From: Mizuhopecten yessoensis
Taxonomy: Eukaryota
Length of the DNA stretch: 64,000 nt
Assembly: GCF_002113885.1 (NCBI RefSeq)
Contig: NW_018480074.1
Location: forward strand, 124,001 to 188,000
Direction: 5' to 3'
Part shown: piece after piece, positions 24,701-36,675 of the stretch
Layout: each line of letters opens with the position of its first letter
Position numbering within the stretch: position 1 is the first letter of the stretch
The notes under the pieces: model-generated
What the model saw: the letters and a program-made list of their open reading frames with translations, nothing else
What the model was told of the DNA's origin: nothing
The model's database searches: none
Translations under genes and position numbers: made by a program

Positions 24701-27700
24701 GAACCCTTTAAACTTGGTAAACTCGGATACCTCGAAGTAAGATATTGGTTTCAACAGCGTTAATCCAACATCAAAACATCGTTTACTTCATAGTGTTCGA
24801 ATTTCATACAAATACAAAACAAAACTACGGCATCTTGCCATTCCCCGTTTATGAACATCTTTTGTGAGAAGACTAGAAGTCTAGCATGAAATTGGTAAAA
24901 ACATTTTATGATAAAGCTTAAGAATGTAAAGTGTGCAGACTATCAAAACCATGATGTTCCTAAGAAAAAACAAACTTCATCAATGTTGATCAACAGTATT
25001 CTGTACTACCTGCGAGTCCCTTTAATGATTTGTAATGTTACACCAAACCTGACGACAGCCCAAACCCGAAAATTGGTCACAAAGCGTGGTCATTCATAAA
25101 AGAGTTCCACAATTAAAATCACAACATAGGACAGTTTCACAGGTTCTTGTTTTTACAGGAGCCAGTATGGCTTTGAAAGTCGATCAAGAGGTTTTAAGAA
25201 CAATATGGTAATTACTGTTGATTACATGGATTTGAGGAGGTGTCAGGTGTCATTGGCTTTAATGAATCAATGTATTATATGTACAATAGAATTTGTTAGA
25301 GTGTGTTTTCATTTAAAGAATCAACTGTGCGTACCCTCCATTACAGTGATTTGTTTTAGACTTGCGCAATTACATTTCCGCATTGTATAGTACGAGGTCG
25401 GAGACATCGGGATTGTTCGATTTTTAAATGTAACACTTCAGAGGTAAATCTTGACGGTCTTACAAATACAAATGCAGATCTGGAAAGACTTTGCTAAGAC
25501 TAGCCAAAAACAACATTTAATCACTAGGCCCGTCCATATTTCGTGACAAATTCACAATATGGTCCAACCGTTTTGATCGCATTAAACGAAAATACGTTTT
25601 TCGGAAATAACTTACTCTTTTTTTGTAAGCGTGTTTATTGTAAAATAACATACCTGTATTTGTTATATTGATTGTGTATATCATTCATCAATTGATTATA
25701 AGCATTGGCTATTAATACATATTGCTAATGCTATGTCCAAACAGCAAATTTCATACCAAATATATGAACCCGCATAACTAGAATACTCGGATAACTCGAA
25801 GTTTTCCTACGACCCCGTCGACTTCGAGATAAGGAGGTTCAACTGTATGGTATTTGCTTCTCTTAGTTCTGCACTCTATCTCTGGGCCTACAGTCTGTTC
25901 TCTGTTTGATGTCCGTTCTCTGTGTGGCAATTGTTCTCTGTATGATATCTCTTTTCTGTATGACACCTGTTGTCTGTAGTGTCTGTTCTGTGTGGTGTCT
26001 GTTCTCTGTGTGGCAACCGTTCTCTTTATGACATCTGTTCTGTGTAGTGTCTGTTGTCTGTAGTGTCTGTTCTGTGTGGTTACTGTTCTGGGTAGTGTCT
26101 GTTCTGTGTGGTGTCTGTCCTGTGTGGTGTCTGTTCTCTGTGTGGTCACTGTTCTCTTTATGACATCTGTTCTGTGTAGTGTCTGTTCTGTGGTGTCTGT
26201 TCTGTGTGGTGTCTATTCTCTGTATAGTGTCTGTTCTGTGTATTGTCTGTTCTGTGTAGTGTCTGTTCTGTTTAGTGTCTGTTCTGTGTTGTGTCTGTTC
26301 TGTGTAGTGTCTGCTCTGTATGGTGTCTGTTCTCTGTGTGGTAACTGCTCTCTTTATGACATCTGTTCTGTGTAGTGTCTGTTGTCTGTAGTGTCTGTTA
26401 TGTGTGGTGTCTGTTCTCTGTGTGGTACCTGTTCTCTGTATGACACCTGTTGTCTGTAGTGTCTGGTCTGTGTGGTGTCTGTTCTGTGTGGTGTGTGGTG
26501 TGTGTTCTGTGTAGGTTCTGTTATGTTTGGTGTCTGTTCTGTGTGGTTACTGTTCGTTGTCTGTAGTGTAGTGTCTGTTCTGTGTAGTGTCTTTTCTGTG
26601 GTGTCTGTTCTGTGTGGTGTCTGTTCTCTGCGTGGTAACTGTTCTCTGTATGACATCTGTTGTCTGTAGTGTATTGTCTGTTCTGTGTAGTGTCTGTTCT
26701 GAGTAGTGTCTGTTCTGTGTGGTGTCTAATCTCTGTGTAGTGTCTGTTCTGTGTAGGGTCTGTTCTGTGTGGTGTCTGTTCTGTATGGTGTCTTGTTCTG
26801 TGGTGTCTGTTCTGTGTGGTGTCTGTTCTGTATGGTGTCTTGTTCTGTGGTGTCTGTTCTGTGTGGTGTCTGTTCTCTGCGTGGTAACTGTTCTCTGTAT
26901 GACATCTGTTGTCTGTAGTGTAGTGTCTGTTCTGTGTAGTGTCTTTTCTGTGGTGTCTGTTCTGTGTGGTGTCTATTCTCTGTGTAGTGTCTATTCTGTG
27001 TAGTGTCTGTTCTGTGTAGTCTCTGTTCTGTGTAGTGTCTGTTCTGTGGTGTCTGTTCTGTGTGGTGTCTGTTCTCTGTGTGGTCACTGTTCTCTTTATG
27101 ACATCTGTTCTGTGTAGTGTCTGTTGTCTGTAGTGTCTGTTGTCTGTAGTGTCTGTTCTCTGTGGTTACTGTTCTGTGTTGTGTCTGTTCTGTGTGTTGT
27201 GTGGTGTCTGTTCTGTGTAGTGTCTGGTCTGTGTGGTGTCTGTTCTGTGTGGTGTGTAGTGTCTGTTCTGTGTAGGTTCTGTTATGTTTGGTGTCTGCTC
27301 TGTGTGGTTACTGTTCTGTGTGGTGTCTGTTCTGTGTTGTGTCTGTTCTGTGTGTTGTGTGGTGTCTGTTCTGTGTGGTGTGTAGTGTCTGTTCTGTGTA
27401 GGTTCTGTTATGTTTGGTGTCTGCTCTGTGTGGTTACTGTTCTGTGTGGTGTCTGTTCTGTGTGGGGTGTGGTGTCTGTTCTGTGTAGGTTCTGTTATGT
27501 TTGGTGTCTGCTCTGTGTGGTTACTGTTCTGTGTGGTGTCTGTTCTGTGTAATGTCTGTTCTGTGTGGGGTCTGTTCTCTGTGTGGTAACTGTTCTCTTT
27601 ATGACATGTGTGGTGTCTGTCCTGTGTAGTGTCTGTTCTGTGTGGTGTCTATTCTCTGTATAGTGTCTGTTCTGTGTATTGTCTGTTCTGTGTGGTGTCT

Positions 27701-30700
27701 GTTCTGTGTTGTGTCTGTTCTGTGTAGTGTCTGTTCTGAGTAGTGTCTGTTCTGTGTGGTGTCTAATCTCTGTGTAGTGTCTGTTCTGTGTAGGGTCTGT
27801 TCTGTGTGGTGTCTGTTCTGTGTTGTGTCTGTTCTGTGTAGTGTCTGCTCTGTGAAGTGTCTGTTCTGTGTAGTGTCTGTTCTGAGTAGTGTCTGTTCTG
27901 TGTGGTGTCTAATCTCTGTGTAGTGTCTGTTCTGTGTAGTTTCTGGGCTGTGTAGTGTCTGTTCTGTGTGGTGTCTTTTCTCTGTGTGGTAACTGTTCTC
28001 TGTATGTCACCTGTTGTCTGTAGTGTCTGTTCTGTGTTGTGTCTGCTCTGTGTGGTGTGTGGTGTCTGTTCTGAGTAGGTTCTGTTATGTTTGGTGTCTG
28101 TTCTGTGTTGTGTGTGGTGTCTGTTCTGTGTAGGTTCTGTTATGTTTGGTGGCTTTTCTGTGTGGTTACTGTTCTGTGTAGTGTCTGCTCTGTGTAGGGT
28201 CTGCTCTGTGTGTGGTAACTGTTCTCTGTATGATCTCTGTTGTCTGTAGTGCCTGTTCTGTGGGGTCTGTTCTGTGTGGTGTCTATTCTCTGTATAGTGT
28301 CTGTTCTGTGTATTGTCTGTTCTGTGTGGTGTCTGTTCTCCGTGTGGTAACTGTTCTCTGTATGACACATGTTGTCTGTAGTGTCTGTTCTGTGTTGTGT
28401 CTGCTCTGTGTGGTGTGTGGTGTCTGTTCTGTGTAGTGTCTGGTCTGTGTGGTGTCTGTTCTGTGTGGTGTGTAGTGTCTGTTCTGTGTGGTGTCTGTGC
28501 TGTGTAGTGTCTGTTCTGTGTAGTGTCTTTTCTGTGGTGTCTGTTCTGTGTGGTGTCTATTTTCTGTGTAGTGTCTGTTCTGTGTAGTGTCTGTTCTGTG
28601 TGGTGTCTGTTCTGTGTGGTGTGTGGTGTCTGTTCTGTGTAGGTTCTGTTATGTTTGGTGTCTGTTCTGTGTGGTTACTGTTCTGTGTAGTGTCTGTTCT
28701 GTGTGGTGTCTGTTCTGTGTGGTTACTGTTCTGTGTAGTGTCTGTTCTGTGTAGTGTCTGTTCTGTGTGGTTACTGTTCTGTGTGGTTACTGTTCTATGT
28801 AGTGCCTGTTCTGTATGGTGTCTGTTCTCTGTGTGGTAACTGTTCTCTTTATGACATCTGTTGTCTGTAGTGTATGTTGTCTGTAGTGTCTGTTGTCTGT
28901 AGTGTCTGTTCTGTGTGGTGTCTGTTCTGTATGGTGTCTGTTCTGTGTAGTGTCTGTTCTCTGTGGTTACTGTTCTGTGTAGTGTCTGTTCTGTGTGTTG
29001 TCTGTTCTGTGTGGTTACTGTTCTGTGTGGTGTCTGTTCTGTGTGGTTACTGTTCTGTGTAGCGTCTGTTCTGTGTAATGTCTGTTCTGTGTGGAGTCTG
29101 TTCTCTGTGTAGTAACTGTTCTCTTTATGACATCTGTTGTCTGTAGTGTCTGTTCTCTGTGGTTACTGTTATGTGTAGTGTCTGTTCTGTGTGGTGTCTG
29201 TTTTGTGTAGTGTCTGTTCTGTGTAGTGTCAGTTCTCTGTGTGGTAACTGTTCTCTTTATGACATGTAGTGTCTGTTCTGTGTGGTGTCTGTTCTCTGTG
29301 GGGTAACTGTTCTCTTTATGACATCTGTTCTGTGTAGTGTCTGTTCTGTGTTGTGTCTGTTCTGTGGGGTTACTGTTCTGTGTAGTGTCTGTTCTGCGTG
29401 GTGTCTGTTCTGTGTTGTGTCTGTTCTGTGTGGGGTGTGGTGTCTGTTCTGTGTAGGTTCTGTTATGTGTAGTGTCTGTTCTGTGTAGTGTCTGTTGTGT
29501 ATGGTGTCTGTTCTCTGTGTGGTAACTGTTCTTTTTATGACATCTGTTGTCTGTAGTGTCTGTTCTCTGTGGTTACTGTTCTGTGTAGGGTCTGTTCTGT
29601 GTAATGCCTGATCTGTGTGGTGTCTGTTCTCTGTGTAGTAACTGTTCTCTTTATGACATCTGTTGTCTGTAGTGTCGGTTGTCTGTAGTGTCTGTTGTCT
29701 GTAGTGTCTGGTCTCTGTGGTTACTGTTCTGTGTAGTGTCTGTTCTGCGTAATGTCTGTTCTGTGTGGTGTCTGTTCTCTGGGTAGTAACTGTTCTCTTT
29801 ATGACATCTGTTGTCTGGAGTGTCTGTTGTCTGTAGTGTCTGTTCTCTGTGGTTACTGTTCTGTGTGGTGTCTGTTCTGTGTAATGTCTGTTCTGTGTGG
29901 TGGCTGTTCTCTGTGTAGTAACTGTTCTCTTTATGACATCTGTTGTCTGGAGTGTCTGTTGTCTGTAGTGTCTGTTCTCTGTGGTTACTGTTATGTGTAG
30001 TGTCTGTTCTGTGTGGTGTCTGTTTTGTGTAGTGTCTGTTCTGTTTAGTGTCTGTTCTGTTTGGTGTCTGTTCTCTGTGTAGTAACTGTTCTCTTTATGA
30101 CATCTGTTGTCTGTAGTGTATGTTGTCTGTAGTGTCTGTTCTCTGTGGTTACTGTTCTGTGTAGGGTCTGTTCTGTGTAATGTCTGGTCTGTGTGGTGTC
30201 TGTTCTCTGTGTAGTAACTGTTCTCTTTATGACATCTGTTGTCTGTAGTGTATGTTGTCTGTAGTGTCTGTTCTCTGTGGTTACTGTTCTGTGTGGTGTC
30301 TGTTCTGTGTAATGTCTGTTCTGTGTGGTATCTGTTCTCTGTGTAGTAACTGTTCTCTTTATGACATCTGTTGTCTGGAGTGTCTGTTGTCTGTAGTGTC
30401 TGTTGTCTGTAGTGTCTCTTCTCTGTGGTTACTGTTCTGTGTAGTGGCTGTTCTGTGTAATGTCTGTTCTGTGTGGTGTCCGTTCTCTGTGTAGTAACTG
30501 TTCTCTTTATGACATCTGTTGTCTGTAGTGTCTGTTGTCTGTCGTGTCTGTTCTCTGTGGTTACTGTTCTGTGTAGTGTCTGTTCTGTGTGGTGTCTGTT
30601 GTCTGTAGTGTCTGTTCTGTGTGGTTACTGTTCTCTGTATGATATCTGTTCTTTCTGTGATATCTGGCATAATAGTTTCTTCTTTATAATCATGTTTGTC

Positions 30701-33700
30701 ATGCAGTGTACTGGTGTCCTGCTCTATAATTTTCTACTTCATCCCACAATCTCTGTCTTGTTTTTGTACATAGACCAGCCTCATGCATCGTGGAAAAGTT
30801 CAAAATATTCATTCATGTTTACTAGATATCTGCATTGTCATCTATATATCAAATATATATACGTGTATTGTCACATATGTAAGATATCCATATTTTTATA
30901 TATATTAGATATATATATTATCTTACATATATTCTCAAAGTTATTCATTGCCATACTTGTAAGATGGTTTCCTGTACTAAGTTATCCTGCTTGACTGCTT
31001 TTTGCTCGACTAAACTGTCGGGAGCCTTTAAGAAAAATAACCAATACTTAAAAATATTTCATTGAAAGTTTGAATTTCTAATTTATTTATTAGTCATCCG
31101 CTATGTCGTTTACAATCTCTGTTTTAACCAAAATATATGAAATGTTTGCATCAGACAGTGTACATTATATCAAAACCAGTAAAATAATTTGAAAGGATTT
31201 ATGGAAAATCGGTTAAAAAATATGATATTTTTAAAATAGAATAATATTTTCTTTATCCTAACTTGAAATCCTTAGTTGAGTTTATGCAAACACATATTTT
31301 AGTCACACTGACATAACCACCAATCTGTGTGTCCCACTATCCAGTCAGTAGGCAGGACAGATCTAGGCAGGACAATTTCCCTTTTTTATGCCCACGCCAA
31401 AAAATTCTGTGCATATAGTGTTGCCCATGTCTGTCTGTTTCATAATGACATCATCTCGCTACATTTTGCAGTCAAGGTCACTTGATATAATGTATTAATA
31501 GAAAAATCTTGCCATGTAAATCTGATCTAAGTGATTATTAAATGATTACCATAAATCCCCTCTATAACGGTAGCTCTTACATAGACTAGCTGTAAATATT
31601 ACTAAAGCTCCTGTAAACAGTATTGTAGACTATGCAAAGATAACTTTCACAATTTCTTTTTTTATTTTCACAGCAACCAAGAAGATGTCATTTGATAGCA
31701 TTCATGGCCGTGCTCTCATCAGACAAGAGGTCCGAAAACTGGTCACCAACCTCAGCAGCTCTGTAGGAGTCAAGGGGTCAGAACAGGGACTTTTGGGGTA
31801 AGTTAGTCAAAGCAAAACCACTTTATGTTTTTTCTTTGAAGTGTATCTAAAATATACTAATAGCAGTAATTCGTGTCTGAAGTTGCATGCCTTGTCCTGA
31901 AATGTATGAGCGTATATCATTGCCCATGTCTGAATGTCACCATGTTACTGCATACACTTCTCCCTTTGCTGTGACATACAGACAACACCTATCAAAGTAA
32001 TCCTACACAAATACCTTGAACAAGTTCACCTTTCACGGTCCTCAATCCAAGGTCGGGGTCATTGTTACATTGAATAGAAAATCTTTTGAAATTGAAGGAG
32101 CTCTATATATATAAATATAATTTTGTTATAACAGCAGTAAATTGATCCTTACAGACGAAGAAAAATACTTAAAAAAGAAAAGATCTTGACAACATGTCAT
32201 TGGCGCTTTCATCTCATCAAACATACATTTTTACAGGGCTCAAAAGGAGAAATAAGGGGTAAATCTTTAAAAGATTACTTTTCCAGTAATAGTTCTATAT
32301 ACATGTTATATGAAATAACAGATTCCTTGACCAAAGAGAATCAGTGTTGTGTCCCTTAGGACAGAGGGTCATGGTTCAAAATGCAAAATAAGGGTAAATC
32401 TTTAAAAAAAAAATATAAAAAATAATAATACATCTTTACTACCTCAAAGGGAATTTTTTTCAACCTAATTTCTTATAAACGATCTCTAGGCCAAGGGAGC
32501 TCAATTTTGTATAAATGACCTCTTGTATAACAGCACTGTTATTTGAATTGTCACATTTGAACCATGAGCATAAAAAATAAAATTATAATTACTGGTAAAA
32601 AGGAAATTTCAAAGTTGTAGGTTTGTTACAACCCTCAAACGGTGGTACTAATTAACTTATATAAAATCCATATTGAGATTTAATGTTGAATTGTATATCA
32701 AAATGTTCATGACATGTTTTTATTTCAAAGTTGTATTATGTTTGACAACACATGTTTTTCTTTTCTGTCATAACATTGTATATTTCCAAAGTTTATTTAC
32801 ATTAGTTGTGTAGACACACACTTAACCATTACACATACAACTGATGGTTCTACATGTACGAACACGAAGTGCCCACTTGTGTAACAATGTGTCAAAAAAC
32901 TCTTTCAGGTTGAAGCAGAAGTTTCCCAAAGTTTTCCAAGATATTTGTTTTTACTCTGAGGTAAGCCACATCATGACTGTCTGTTCCTTCCGACTGACTG
33001 CACGAAGATTTATACAGGAGCTCTTTGACGAGTTTGACATTTCCAAGGTAACCAGCCTATGTTATATCACCATATTGTATGAATTAGTCGATGTAAGATT
33101 TTTAAGGATTTAAATTCTAATTTTGTATTATTGAAATCGATACAGTGAAAGTGTAAATTTTTGCATGTGGAAATATTTGCATTATTTCTCTTTAAACTGT
33201 TCGCAGTGTGGAAGTTTTTGCTTTGGCAACAGTTCGGATATCTATATATTCTACATATCTAGAGCTATAATCTAAATAATCTATTTGCATGAGGATATTT
33301 TTGTACTAATTTATGCAACGTGTAAAACGTGACTATTTCCAATCCACCAAAATTTCCTCTTCAAAAGTATTTCGTTTTTTATTTGTATCTATTATACTGT
33401 TATGGATTTTTTTTATTGCTTCATGTTGTAAAAACATACAATAATCATGAAATTTTATAAAACATGGAACTGTTTCAACAGATTTGATATTAACCCTTTC
33501 ACCACTGTAGACCATAATGGACTCATCCATATCAATGCATGATAGAGTCTACTAAAGTTACATAGGGGTGAAAGGGTTAAAGAATAACAATTACACATCA
33601 CACCATGTTATTAGGTAAAAAATGTATTTATCCCCTCTCAAGCTGGATAAGAATGTCTTGCTTTTGTGATCTATGACGTTAATGTAAATGTTGTAGCTAC

Positions 33701-33807
33701 TGGAAGAAGCCAGGTGCATTCTGGGTGTTGTCGTGGAAACAGAGAGCACAGGACCAGTAACCAACAAACAAGACACCCTGGACAGTGTGTGGGAAAACAT
33801 ATTCTGA
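768..33807 (+). CDS. RICTOR: Rapamycin-insensitive companion of mTOR (mTORC2 subunit); 5' exons lie upstream of the window
   Basis: 31 phase-consistent exons: 768-958, 1428-1600, 1781-1848, 2316-2383, 2802-2884, 3424-3511, 3979-4069, 4402-4468, 4846-4926, 7774-7874, 8421-8598, 9285-9389, 9885-9931, 10317-10452, 11658-11717, 12040-12188, 12445-12571, 13805-13969, 15885-16040, 16348-16454, 16755-16842, 17032-17124, 17748-17854, 18184-19539, 20254-20425, 21137-21224, 21798-21944, 22835-23026, 31674-31797, 32909-33047, 33697-33807 (TGA). Recognisable RICTOR motifs: NEVERIHAIKLVRR, LLNHPRTR, LLAPFTD, MRSWPGII, PVHLYGQL, KTALWAVGHIGSS, FVGLTLPVDI, FRLTARRFIQELF. Confidence 0.96.
1842..2071 (+). repeat. 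46-bp tandem repeat x5 starting in a RICTOR exon end and containing its 5' splice site
   Basis: Unit actccgggtaagatcagatcgtttatacacagtaacagcatcacct at 1842, 1888, 1934, 1980, 2026. Confidence 0.95.
5380..7595. repeat. 33-bp intronic minisatellite, about 67 copies
   Basis: Unit gcctgtagtgggacaaggacccttaattcttta with a few variant positions; no unique spacers. Confidence 0.97.
8853..9270. repeat. 41-bp minisatellite, about 10 copies, abutting a RICTOR acceptor
   Basis: Unit tttgtttataatgacgtggagtaagcttgttgatcgtaaag; ends about 14 nt before exon 9285. Confidence 0.93.
9368..9590 (+). repeat. 58-bp tandem repeat x4 spanning a RICTOR exon end and donor
   Basis: Units start at 9368, 9426, 9484, 9542 (cctgatag...gagtaaggctgata.tcaac.tgtgattg.gt). 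Confidence 0.9.
10515..11050. repeat. Degenerate ~23-bp minisatellite
   Basis: Recurring caagttatcatcttaagctct(a/t)a units. Confidence 0.85.
14351..15478. repeat. 27-bp minisatellite interrupted by a transposon
   Basis: Unit gatttcacggtagcaggcatggcctct at 14351-14589 and 15301-15478. Confidence 0.95.
14590..15300. mobile_element. 711-bp non-autonomous DNA transposon with 9-bp TSD (Mutator-like by TSD length)
   Basis: TSD gcatgacct at 14581-14589 and 15301-15309; imperfect 20-bp TIRs tactccaacaatgttagagg / cctctcatgttatgggagta (15/20 match); no ORF of 60 aa or more inside. Confidence 0.85.
18184..19539 (+). CDS. RICTOR: RICTOR large exon encoding the Ser-rich disordered phosphorylation region
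   Basis: 1356-nt exon (cag|GACAGCC ... CTGAG|gtaggc) matching the 448-aa ORF; starts with conserved GTAFYVLGLLAST...LGW, then low-complexity Ser-rich sequence. Confidence 0.93.
19707..19887. mobile_element. Decayed TA-flanked MITE
   Basis: Ends tactgtaaa ... tttacagta are inverted repeats including a TA duplication; interior degenerate. Confidence 0.45.
22030..22731 (+). mobile_element. Helentron-associated (HINE/DINE-like) non-autonomous element, 5' end eroded
   Basis: gtcgtccgtc start, internal ~147-bp tandem repeats (gattttgac.aaatttg at 22089 and 22236), 3' ccaggtgagc followed by hairpin ggcccctgggcc and a T-run; same 3' architecture as 44083-44618. Confidence 0.75.
24220..24290. repeat. 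Perfect 31-bp inverted repeat with 9-nt loop
   Basis: caaaaattggtgatcaaagttttcacacaaa (24220-24250) / tttgtgtgaaaactttgatcaccaatttttg (24260-24290). Confidence 0.95.
24589..25845. mobile_element. Non-autonomous Tc1/mariner-pogo (Tigger-like) element, 1257 bp
   Basis: 23-bp TIRs cagttgaacctcgttatctcgaa / ttcgagataaggaggttcaactg (22/23 match); TA duplication on both sides; no transposase ORF. Confidence 0.9.
25870..30665. repeat. 4.8-kb TG-rich satellite built from a ~16-bp unit with a local 132-bp higher-order repeat
   Basis: Base unit tgtctgttctgtgt(a/g)g; marker gtagtaactgttctctttatgacatc recurs at 29783/29915 and 30079/30211/30343 (132-bp spacing). Confidence 0.96.
33494..33576. mobile_element. 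83-bp piggyBac-like MITE, copy 1 (last RICTOR intron)
   Basis: TTAA|ccctttcacc ... ggtgaaaggg|TTAA; close match to the copy at 36590. Confidence 0.85.
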
Positions 33808-34018
33808 AATGTCTTAAAAACAAATGAAGACAACCCTGGATTGTGGAAATAATGCCTAGAAATGTCTTTCGTAAGACACATCAGAGAGTATGGGAAAACA
33901 TATTCTGAAATGTCTTAAAAACAAATGAAGACAACCCTGGATTGTGGAAATCATGCCTAGAAACGTCTAACGTAGGACAAACCAGACAGTATCGGAAAAC
34001 ATATTCTGAAATGTCTTC
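33775..34018 (+). repeat. 101-bp tandem repeat (~2.4 copies) containing the RICTOR stop codon
   Basis: t(g/c)ggaaaacatattctgaaatgtctt at 33790, 33891, 33992. Confidence 0.9.
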
Positions 34019-35769
34019 CAGAAAGAAAACAAAACGGCCTGCAAACAAGATACTCTATGTAAAGTGTAGGAAAGCTTTAAGGGAAAAATGGTTGTCCTAT
34101 ATTATGTGAAAGTCTGGTAAATGTTTGTCTTACAGTTCAGACTTATTGGATAGCACCACTTAGTGGAAAACATTTCCAAAATGTCAAACACATGAACATC
34201 TCTGGCATGTGATTAAGCACGCCTGGTACTCGACACCCAGAGAATAGACACGACAGTGGGTACCATGGTGTGTGAAAATATTAGAGAAGATGAATTTAAG
34301 AGTGGAAGGAATCTTTTGAAGTTTCTAATTCAAGTAAATGTTGTATTTCAAGATTATGTCTAAAACCACTGTAATATTCAAGTAAAGTGCTTTGTGTTAA
34401 GGTGTTATTTGAGATTAAGGTGTATTAATGAACATGTTATCTTTGTAAAGCCCTGAGGCAAATACTGGTACAGGCACCACTCAGCCGTGTTTTAGCCTCA
34501 GAAAATGACGGTTACTGTATATTTATGTAGATTTAATACAAGATGGACAAAATACAACCATCAAAGGTTTTGGAGTGATATCTAGTAATTATGATCAATA
34601 CCCAGTTACTATCAGTTGTGTAGTAATTTACTGCAACAAATCCAGGATATGGCTTTAACCATGCAATGATGCACTGTTCCAAAAGACTAAGATGAACTAG
34701 TATTGACCATAAAACAGGAACTAGATTATATTTCTCATGCCTGTACTACACGAAAGTTCTAATACTCCTTCAGCACAGCATAGAGTTAACCTGCCATGGA
34801 CCTCCAAATTCCCTTATACACAATTACAAGTAATACTTTAATTGCTTTGATTTACTATTGTTCCTATACAAAAGTCAATTTATTACGTATTAAGTTTTTA
34901 CAGACGGAAGTAAATTATTGTGCTGGATGTTTCTTAAATAAGACGTACCAGTAATGCACAGGAAAGAAAATCTTAAAAATCAAGTATTTCATGAAATATC
35001 ATAGGTTAGAGAAACAAGAAATGAAGTTTAATTATGTGTTTTTTTCTCATGATAGTGTTCAAGGGTGTAGATTTCAATTAACCTTGTGTCAGGAACAGTT
35101 TACTATGAAAATAAATAGGTTAGGCTGGTAGAACTTTTCTAATTCTACCTTCTTTACTCTTAAATATGAAATGTACATCCCTGGTGTTCACATTCTAGAT
35201 ATGCTGTTAAATAATGCTTTACTGAAATTTGTGTATATATGTCAGAATATATTAATGTTCGAGTATATTCACTTGAATCAATCATGAAATTATTACCGCC
35301 ATTCAAATGTCCTCGATCACCGTCCTGTACGAGTGACAAAAATGTATTTTACAGGTAAGCACGAAGTATTGTTCACCTAGATTCTCTGTGTCCATCCAGT
35401 TATATAGGAAATACTACTGACACAATATATAGGGCTGCTATGTTTTACACTTGTTGCTAAAGGATGTGTCGTCGTGCAACTTAGTTGTAAACGGAATACA
35501 TCCATCTATCCCCATCCCACCGAATGGTAACGTCTTCTAAAGTGCAATATTCAATATTTCCTGACGCTTAGACAATGCATTATATGCATAAATGAATGAT
35601 CTTGTGTATTTTTTATAAATGATTATAAAGGAATGTTTTTGTAATTAAACTTAAGTACCATAAGGTTGAGTGAAATTGATCAAGTATGTGTGATAAATGA
35701 ATATGACATGTGAACACTAATCATGTAGGATGACTATACACCAACATTACCATAAACATACACATGCAT

Positions 35770-36115
35770 ACATGTAGTACTGTATTACATCCATGTAGTA
35801 CTGTATAACATCCATGTAGTTCTGTATTACATACATGTAGTACTGTATTACATCCATTTAGTAGTGTATTACACCCATGTAGTACTGAATTACATACATG
35901 TAGTATTGTGTTACATCCATGTAGTACTGTATTACATACATGTAGTACTGTATTACATACATGTAGTACTGTATTACATCCATGCAGTACTGTATTACAT
36001 CCATGTAGTACTGTATTACATCCATGAAGTACTGTATTGCATCCATGTATTACTGTATTACATACATGCAGTACTGTATTACATACATGCAGTACTGTAT
36101 TACATCCATTGTACA
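35770..36115. repeat. 21-bp minisatellite with internal dyad symmetry
   Basis: Unit catgtagtactgtattacat(c/a), about 16 copies. Confidence 0.93.
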
Positions 36116-36589
36116 TGTATGTGTGCTGTGTATTGAACACAAAAGTGCTAGTCACGTTATTTCATGATCTGACCCGGCATCCTTGTAGTATATCTAGCTT
36201 AAGCTCTAGTCAAAAACTCATTCATCCCTGAAGACACATTTCAGCTCTCCAAATTCACAGGTTGGAATAGTCCAATCAAGGTTAACAAGTTAATATTTGG
36301 TGTAAGCAGTCTGCCAAAATTTGTATATGGTAAATTAGAAGCAGATCTAGAGCTAGTGATGTGATCAGTATGCTAATTTGTTATACTCTAAATTAGGAGC
36401 AGAGGTCACTGTGTAACTCTTTTGATACTTCAGTAGGTATTTTCAGAATGTTTTGTCACTAAAAAGTGTCTATGTTAGCAAGTTTCCACTATATGAACAT
36501 GTGGAATTGATTAGTCTTTGATGATATAAGTCCTTCTTCCCTATTGGTCAGTAGGTTGTAGTTGGTAAGCAGGAAAGTTACCTACTTAA

Positions 36590-36675
36590 CCCTTTCATCA
36601 CTGTAGACCATAATGGACTCATCCAGATCAATGCATGGTAGAGTCTACTAAAATAATTATATAGGTGTGAAAGGG
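36590..36675. mobile_element. 86-bp piggyBac-like MITE, copy 2
   Basis: TTAA|ccctttcatc ... tgtgaaaggg|TTAA; shares interior ctgtagaccataatggactcatcca with copy 1. Confidence 0.85.

Noticed and set aside
25778-30994. Many Cys/Val-rich and His/Thr-rich ORFs
   Set aside because: Artefacts of the low-complexity TG-rich satellite.
35721-36231. ORF with repeated CNTVLHG heptads
   Set aside because: 21-bp minisatellite translation.
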